A stretch of DNA of 64,000 nt from Selaginella moellendorffii (lineage: Eukaryota; Plantae; Lycopodiophyta), in the NCBI RefSeq assembly GCF_000143415.4, contig NW_003314279.1:274734-338733 (forward strand), in the 5' to 3' direction. Numbering within the stretch: position 1 is the first letter of the stretch; each line of letters opens with the position of its first letter. This document shows, one piece after another, positions 55,875-64,000 of the stretch. A model generated the notes under the pieces. That model was not told where the DNA came from. It worked only from the letters and a program-made list of their open reading frames with translations, and did no database searches. The translations under genes were made by a program, and so were the position numbers.

Positions 55875-56490
55875 CTAGCAAGGTGATGGTGGCAAACATT
55901 CTAATTCCCTCTCAGGAGAATTCCCAAAAGAGGGAAAATCCTGCATTTCTGGGATGAACAAGCTGACAGCTAGAAGCTCTTCGTCCTTGCAAAACTCCAC
56001 ACAAAACTGACTAAAAAACCTCTGCACCATGGCTCGAAAGACGGGGCAATTGAGCAGCATATAGTAGCCCAGAAATTCCTCCAAGTTCACCAAATCATCA
56101 AAGCTGTCCCCTACAACCATCTCCACCACTTCGTCCCACCTTCATAGCGTCACTGCGCTGGGCGCCAGGATGCGGTGACAAAATCTTCTTGCCTTTGCCA
56201 TGCCCAAGGTCCTCCATGAACGAGAAGTTGCTGGACGAAGCCTGAGAGTCCTCTAAGTTGCGGTGGACGACTTCCTGGCGACCTAAAGCTTCCGTCCAGC
56301 TATCACTGGTCTTGAGTTTGCTGCACCAAACGACCATAAACTGCTGAGCTTTTGCTTCTGCTGCTGCCTGTATGACAAGCTCACTGTCCAACTGATCCTG
56401 TGCTTGTTGCTGCTGTTGCTGCTCCTCTTCACCATCACCCCACGAGTTGACGACCTTCTACCGTCCGCTTCATGAGATTCCTGCAAACGC
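55875..56490 (-). pseudogene. OVATE-domain (OFP)-like gene, frameshifted
   Basis: EMVVG...NLEEFLGYYMLLNCPVFRAMVQRFF resembles the OVATE EMI...LEELL..YL.LN motif; upstream ORFs in other frames. Confidence 0.55.
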
Positions 56491-56870
56491 TCCGGAACTT
56501 AATGCACCAAGGAAAAGAACAACCCGTAGCGTCCCATGGGCAACCGTCATTTCATGAACCATCCTCCTCTGCTACTGACCAAGATGTTGATTCTTTCAGG
56601 AGAAACGTTTAAGTAGGTGGCCTGGCACCTCTGACTTCCCCCACTCCATTTTCTAGCTCACATCGTCGCACGAAAGAGGCCTATATGATCAGCTTTGTGC
56701 CGTCCACGCACATTGATCCGATGACGGCCCTGCGCATGGAAACAAGTCAGTGCTGTTGCCTTTTATAATAGAACACTCACCTGACGTTCAAACAAATGCT
56801 TCCAATTGTCAACATCTGACACGGTAAAAGAAACATAGGAAGAAAAAAAAACAGTGAAACTTATGGGTAG

Positions 56871-58522
56871 TCAAGCTGCTGCAGCTTTGAGCGACGCCAA
56901 AGCGCTCGCTTCGTGCTGCATCTTGAGCGCATTCACAAAAATTTCCAGACCAATCCCCTCCATAATTTGCTCAATCGAGTGTTGCGTCACTCCCACTCGA
57001 TGATCAGTTACCCGGTCTTGAGGAAAGTTACACGTTCTTATGCGCTCCAATCTGTCACTTGAGCCGATCTGGAGTGACAATTTATAAAAGTAGAAAAAAT
57101 AACGTTCTGCGACAACATTACCTGATCTTGTTGTAATTCAGACCGACTTGCCGCTGTTCGGGACCGCTCAAGCTCGTACAGCCTAGCATATAAAATATTC
57201 AAAGCTTTTGCTTTGTTCTATAGAATCTCAGCTCAGTTGTAGCAAAGCACGCGCGCTGAAGGGCCTTCCTTGTGTTGAGAGCGTTCGTCTTGGATTGCGA
57301 CCACAATACCTGTTGGAACGTGAGTGACTCGGACTGCACTGCAGGTAGTATTTACATGGCTCCACCAGCTCGGTATGTGTCTATCTTTATCTCGTCATTA
57401 CGGATATCGACATCAACCTGTCAGCATAGTCAAACTTTAGTAACAGAAAAACGAGAAACAATAACATGTATCAATGGTCTATGCAAGTGCCAAGGTTTAG
57501 TAAACCTGGAGTGAACCTCATTCGCTTCAGGAAGAATAGCGACTGACGCAGTATTTGTGTGTATACGTCCACGCTGCACACGGATGCATGAAAAAAATGA
57601 AATCACCGTAATTACTTTTGTACCTGGACGCGATGAACGCCACTGTCAAACTTAACAGCTCCATAAACACCATCTCCAGATATTGCAGCACTAGCCTCCT
57701 ATAAACACGTTACCTGGTAACCTCGGGTGTTGGTGGTGGTAATGCTGAGAACTTCAAACCTCCATGAGTTGTTTGCGCGTATTTCTCATACCTGAGAGCA
57801 TTCATAGAAATCCAATAAGCAATCGACATGAACCAGTAAGACGTGCCTACTTTTTGAAGAGATCAGACGCAAAAATTGACGCTTCGTCACCTCCAGCTCC
57901 TAAAAAAAGATAAAACATATCAATTATGGGTTGCACTTGCCTGTTCTGACTTCGAGAATACAACCTCTGCTATCAGCTTCATCTTTAGGAATACGCTCCA
58001 GGAGAACTTCGTCCTGAGCATCTCTCACTTCTCTGGTGGCCGTTTGAAGTTCTCCAGAGGCCAGCCTACGCATTTCTTCGTCTTCAACGGACTCTTTCAC
58101 CAATTCTTTCAAGCCAATTACTTCCTGCATTCAACCAAAGAGTCTCTTTCTCCCAAAATTTAGTCGTCAAACCTTTTCTTTGGCTTTCAGCGCCTTGAAC
58201 ATATCCACGGAGTAATCCAGCTTGCAAAGGTCCTTGTTCATCTTGATGAGCTCGTCTGACGCAATCCCAGTCTGAAATCATTCACGATCACCTTTTCAAG
58301 GACGAAAACCGAATCTACACTTTACCTCTAGAAGCGCTTTGGAAAGACAGGCATGGCGGTCTTCAATAGAGATCACACTCTTCTCCAAAATTCGCAAAAT
58401 ATCGTCGGGAATGGGCGCATGCTTGTCTGGAGGTAGAAAATCCATGTCTCCAGCTCAATCCACTTACATTTCGCAAGAACATACCCATGAGCGTGGAAGC
58501 TTTTGTTGAAGACGGTATTCAT
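56871..58522 (-). pseudogene. prfA: Organellar peptide chain release factor 1 (prfA-like) pseudogene
   Basis: [60 protein letters not shown]; GGQ motif deleted with a frameshift; start approximate. Confidence 0.85.
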
Positions 58523-58758
58523 GTCCTAGAGCTTTTGTTGTGCTTCTATACTTAACTAGCTTGGTTTTTTTGGGAAAGAGGTTTCCGGTTCGAGTCCTGA
58601 ACTCGCAAAATGCCCACCTATAATATACAGCCCCCACTGTTGAGTTTTAGGGTTCTTCGCGCAAGGGTTTTTGCGCAAAGGCGGAGCGCTTGATCGAAGG
58701 CGGCGAGCACCGCAGGTGCGTTTGCGCCACGCAATCGCGAGATTTGAGCTCCGCCAGG
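58523..58758. promoter_or_regulatory. Short divergent promoter between the RF1 pseudogene and RPB2
   Basis: About 240 bp between opposing starts; tataata and telo-box-like tagggtt/aagggtttt motifs. Confidence 0.5.
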
Positions 58759-61700
58759 ATGTATGGAGGTGATGAGGAGGATTACATGGATGAGGAGGAG
58801 GAAATCACACAGGAGGATGCCTGGGCCGTCATTAGTGCCTACTTCGAGGAGAAGGGGCTAGTGCGCCAGCAGCTCGACTCGTTCGACGAGTTCATCCAGA
58901 ACACGATGCAGGAAATCGTGGATGAGTCGTCGGAGATCGAAATTAAGCCCGAGTCGCAGCACAACCCTGGCCGGAATAACGAATATTCCGGAGAGGTATG
59001 ATGCTTGCACAAACCATCAGCCAAGGAAAATAAAACTTACTGCGATGTCTGTTTTCAGACCACTTTCAAGATCAAGTTTGGACAGATTTATCTGAGCAAG
59101 CCTATGATGACCGAGTCTGATGGAGAAACCGCAACTTTGTTCCCAAAAGCTGCCCGGCTCAGGAATCTAACGTACTCGGCTCCTTTGTACGCCGATATCA
59201 TCAAGTATGTCACTCGAAAAGGAGAGGACGGCGAAGAAGACACCGAGCAGGAAGAGCTGCCGAAAGTCTTCATTGGAAAGGTTTGGCATTCTCATGCTTT
59301 TTTCACTCGGCTCTAAAGCAGAGCAATGCAGGTTCCTATCATGCTTAGATCGAGCTACTGTACATTGTATCAGAACTCTGATAAAGACCTTACTGAGCTT
59401 GGCGAGTGTCCATACGATCAAGGAGGCTACTTTATCATTAACGGGAGTGAGAAGGTCCTCATTGCACAAGAAAAGATGAGTACCAATCACGTCTACGTGT
59501 TCAAAAAGAGGCAGCCAAACAAATATGCTTACGTTGCTGAGGTTCGTTCTATGGCGGAGTCCCAGAACAGACCCGCGAGCAGTATGTTCGTCCGAATGCT
59601 GTCACGAGCCGGAGCCAAAGCGGTAATAATGCAAATCGGGTATTTTCTGATCTAACATCCTTACAGGGGTCTTCTGGCCAATATATTCGAGCAACACTGC
59701 CTTATATCAAACAAGAAATCCCAATCATAGTGGTTTTTCGAGCACTTGGATTCGTGGCTGATAAAGACATCCTTGAGCATATCTGTTATGACTTTAGCGA
59801 CACGGCCATGATGGAATTGCTAAGGCCATCTTTGGAAGAGGCATTCGTCATACAGAACCAACAAGTTGCTTTGGACTATATTGGCAAAAGAGGCTCCACT
59901 GTGGGTGTTACCAGGGAGAAGCGTATCAAGTGAGTGCGAATCGCCTGTTTTCATGCTATAGAAGCTCATCTATTGTGCATGCAGGTATGCAAAAGACATT
60001 CTGCAAAAAGAAATGTTACCGCACGTTGGAGTCGGGGAATATTGTGAGACGAAGAAAGCGTACTTTTTTGGATACATCATACATCGTCTATTATTATGTG
60101 CGTTGGGCCGTCGTGCTGAAGACGATCGAGACCATTATGGGAACAAGCGTCTAGATCTTGCTGGTCCGCTGCTAGGTAGTCTGTTCCGGCAGTTGTTCAG
60201 GAAGCTGACTAAAGATGTCCGAGCCTATCTACAAAAGGTATATATTCTGGACATCTTTCGAAGATATCTGATATCTTTTGCAGTGCGTAGACAATGGGAA
60301 GGAAGTAAATCTTGCATATGCTGTCAAAGCCAAGACAATCACTAGTGGATTGAAGTATTCCCTTGCGACTGGAAACTGGGGACAAGCAAACTCAGGCAAT
60401 GCACGAGCAGGAGTGTCACAGGTCCGTTACTGGGCGTTTTCTTAGTAGTAATGATGATTCCATCCTCTCTTACAGGTTCTCAATCGTCTGACGTATGCCT
60501 CAACATTGTCACACTTGCGAAGATTAAATTCTCCAATTGGACGTGAAGGTAGGCTTGTTGTCAAGTCTATGTTACTGAACCTCTAGTTGTTCTGCAGGAA
60601 AGCTGGCAAAGCCTCGTCAGCTTCATAATTCTCACTGGGGTATGATGTGTCCTGCCGAAACTCCGGAAGGTCAAGCATGCGGTTTGGTAAAAAATTTGGC
60701 ACTAATGGCTTATATCACCGTCGGGTCAGCTGCCAATCCCATATTGGTTTTTCTGGAAGAGTGGAGTACTGAGAACTTTGAGGTAAATAAAATATTACTC
60801 CTACGTTTTTATCATTACTCATACCTTTATATGTTCAGGAAATTTCACCAGCAGTAATCCCAAATGCAACTAAAATCTTTGTGAATGGTGCATGGGTTGG
60901 GATACACAGAGAGCCGGAGCACTTGGTTAAAACATTGCGGCAGCTGCGTAGACAGGTTCGATCTACATGTTTTTGTATAAATGAATTCACATATCTTTTC
61001 TGTAGGTCGATGTGAATACAGAAGTTGGTGTTGTAAGAGACATTCGGCTCAAGGAGCTCCGGTTGTACACAGACTATGGAAGATGCAGCCGGCCTCTCTT
61101 TATTGTTGAGAAACAAAGGCTGCTGATAAAGAAGTCAGATATCAGAGCACTGCAGCAAAAGGTGTTTACTCGCTCTTCTAGTTTTTATGTCAGCTAATAT
61201 TTGCATCCGTTGACAGGAAGCTGGAGAAAATGGATGGCACGAGCTGGTATCCAAAGGATTTATTGAGTACGTTGACACCGAGGAAGAAGAAACAACTATG
61301 ATATCCATGACTATTTCGGTAAAATACGTTATCCGACTGTGCTGCTTAATATTTTATAATATCCTTTCAGGATCTTGTCAATGCTCGATTGAATCCCGAA
61401 GAGGCATATTCAGATACTTATACACATTGCGAAATCCACCCGTCCATGATTTTGGGCGTCTGTGGGTCGATTATTCCTTTCCCCGACCATAACCAGTCCC
61501 CTCGTAATACATACCAATCAGCTATGGGAAAGCAAGCTATGGGTATATACGTGACAAACTACCAACTACGTATGGTAAGTATCGATGTTTCTCGCTTTTT
61601 TCTTTTCTGATCATATCCGGATAATACAGGATACCCTTGCTTATGTGTTGTACTACCCTCAAAAGCCTCTTGTGACAACTCGTGCTATGGAGCACCTGCA

Positions 61701-63271
61701 TTTTCGACAACTTCCCGCTGGCATTGTAAGTCAGTTAATTGGTCTCCACTCTACATGCTTAAGTGAATTTCTTTCAGAATGCTATTGTGGCAATTGCATG
61801 CTATTCCGGATACAATCAAGAGGATTCGGTTATTATGAACCAGTCATCCATCGACCGCGGCTTTTTCCGCTCCATCTTTTATCGCTCTTACAGGTACGGC
61901 TCTCATTTGTTTTGTTAGTATGTCAACTTGTACTTTCAGGGATGAGGAAAAGAAAGCTGGAACGTTGGTGAAAGAAGAATTTGAACGTCCCAACAGGGAG
62001 ACGACGACGGTTAGTCCTGTCTATTTAGAAGTGTATGTAGCGCCGACATTTTTAATACAGGGAATGCGGCATGGATCATATGATAAGCTCGATGATGATG
62101 GCATCGCACCGCCCGGAACGAGGGTGTCTGGGGAGGATGTGATTATTGGGAAGACCACACCGCTGGTCCAAGACGAAACTGGGACTCAAGCTCAACGGTA
62201 TTCAAAGAGGGATCAGAGTACGTGTCTACGCCATAGTGAAAGTGGAATGATCGATCAGGTACCGTAGTGTGGTTTTAAATCTAATCATCTTGAAACCTGT
62301 AGGTGTTACTTACGACCAATGCGGATGGTTTGCGTTTTGTCAAGACAAGGGTGCGATCCATACGCATCCCTCAAATTGGTGACAAGTTTAGTAGCAGACA
62401 CGGGCAGAAGGGTACTATTGGAATGACGTACACGCAAGAAGACATGCCCTTCACACAAGAAGGCATAACACCGGATATCATCGTGAATCCGCATGCTATT
62501 CCATCCCGCATGACCATTGGCCAGCTGATCGAGTGTATCATGGGTAAAGTTGCAGCGCTCATGGGAAAAGAAGGTGATGCGACGCCATTCACTGATGTCA
62601 CGGTAAGCCTTTTTCATGTAGCTTCTACAGGACTCTTTACGGTTTTCTATCTTGCTTGTAGGTGGATAACATCAGCAAAGCACTCCACAAGTGTAACTAT
62701 CAGTTAAGAGGCTTCGAGACAATGTACAACGGACACACCGGTCGCAGACTGAGTGCCATGATTTTCATCGGGCCAACATACTACCAGCGGTTGAAGCATA
62801 TGGTCGACGACAAGATTCACTCCCGTGGGCGTGGTCCTGTTCAAATACTTACGCGCCAGCCCGCAGAAGGTCGATCAAGGGACGGAGGCCTTCGTTTTGG
62901 TGAAATGGAGCGGGACTGCATGATCGCACACGGAGCAGCGCATTTTCTCAAGGAGCGCCTGTTTGATCAGAGCGACGCGTATCGCGTCCACGTTTGCGAG
63001 CATTGCGGTCTGATTGCGATCGCGAACCTGAAGAAGAATACGTTCGAGTGCCGGAGCTGCAAAAACAAGACGGAGATTGTTCAGGTTTGCTTTCTCGTAT
63101 TTTCTCTCAAGGCATCATTCTCAACTACATCTTTCTTTTTCCTTCTTTGTGCAGGTTCATATACCATACGCTTGCAAGCTTTTGTTCCAAGAGCTAATGG
63201 CTATGGCTATAGCGCCTCGAATGTTCATGAAGGAGGTTAAGAAGCTCAAAGGACACGTAAAGAAGGTTTAA
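58759..63271 (+). CDS. RPB2: RNA polymerase II second largest subunit (multi-exon)
   Basis: [66 protein letters not shown]. Confidence 0.98.
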
Positions 63272-63445
63272 GGTACCCTTCCTGATTTTCATCTCAGTCC
63301 AAGTTCGTGCTCACGGTTAACGAGGCAGGAAACTCACACACTAGTTGTAACTCTTTTTGTATATCAAATGAAGACACTCTTACACTCTTAAAAACTTCTT
63401 TCGTTCTAAAATCTTTTCATAGGGTTTCTAAAGCTCTGCGTGGCC

Positions 63446-64000
63446 ATGGCGTTGTTGCCTGCCGCTTCCAGGTACGTGGTTAGCTCGTTCTATTCTCTCT
63501 CTCGTTGTCATTCTTTTGTCTGGTTTTCACTGCAGCGGGGTCTTCTTCTGGGAACATCAACCAGCACTGTTGAGAAGATTTAGCTGCATTGTATGCTGCT
63601 CTAAGACAGTCAAAGGTAACTCATTGTTCTTCGCATTCTTTGATCCATTGCCTCCTGCCAACAGGTGACTTGAAAACGTTTCCAACGGATGTACGAGCAC
63701 CAGCTTCACTTGAGAGCCGCGAAAGCCAGCATGCGACACTTCCTTGTGCTGAAACTATCGCAGCCATTGTCACTCCACTCTGTGGCAAGCAAGGAGCGGT
63801 GGCGATTGTCAGGATGTCTGGGCCATCTGCGGTTTCGGTGGCTCAAGCCATATTTCGTCCGTTGAGGAAGAAGAAGTGGATTCCTCAGAGCCACAAAGTG
63901 GTCTACGGTACGATCATTGAATATCCAAAGGAGACTATTATAGATGAGGTGAGCTCCAAACCATTTTTCTTTCTTTCCATTTTTCATTTGTATCTCCAGG
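63446..64000 (+). CDS. mnmE: tRNA modification GTPase MnmE/TrmE (organellar), 5' part; runs off the window
   Basis: Transit-like exons then ETIAAIVTPLCGKQGAVAIVRMSGPSAV...SHKVVYG...IDE|gt. Confidence 0.85.

Overview
Compact, intron-containing land-plant genomic DNA (most introns 45-60 nt, three N-gaps). Intron size, GC-rich genes and abundant PPR remnants suggest the lycophyte Selaginella; this is an inference. Apparently intact genes: polyol/sugar transporter, a TKPR1/CCR-like reductase, a COMT-type O-methyltransferase, a class III peroxidase, a carboxypeptidase Q-like M28 peptidase, a GH17+X8 beta-1,3-glucanase, a plant-conserved unknown protein, RPB2 and the 5' part of an MnmE GTPase. Many neighbours are eroded pseudogenes (PAS1/FKBP, PGDH x2, reductase x2, B3, PCC13-62, PPR-DYW, SKP1-like, Dof-like, OVATE-like, RF1), several broken by short internal deletions. 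AT-rich blocks (about 27.7-34.3 kb and 45.4-53.5 kb) hold decayed retrotransposon sequence and TA microsatellites. Most notable: (1) a three-copy orphan family of small, intronless, signal-peptide-bearing Cys proteins in the AT-rich blocks, with one intact copy; (2) a candidate phenolic/polyketide tailoring cluster (reductase array + OMT + peroxidase). Exon boundaries were read by eye and some are approximate.
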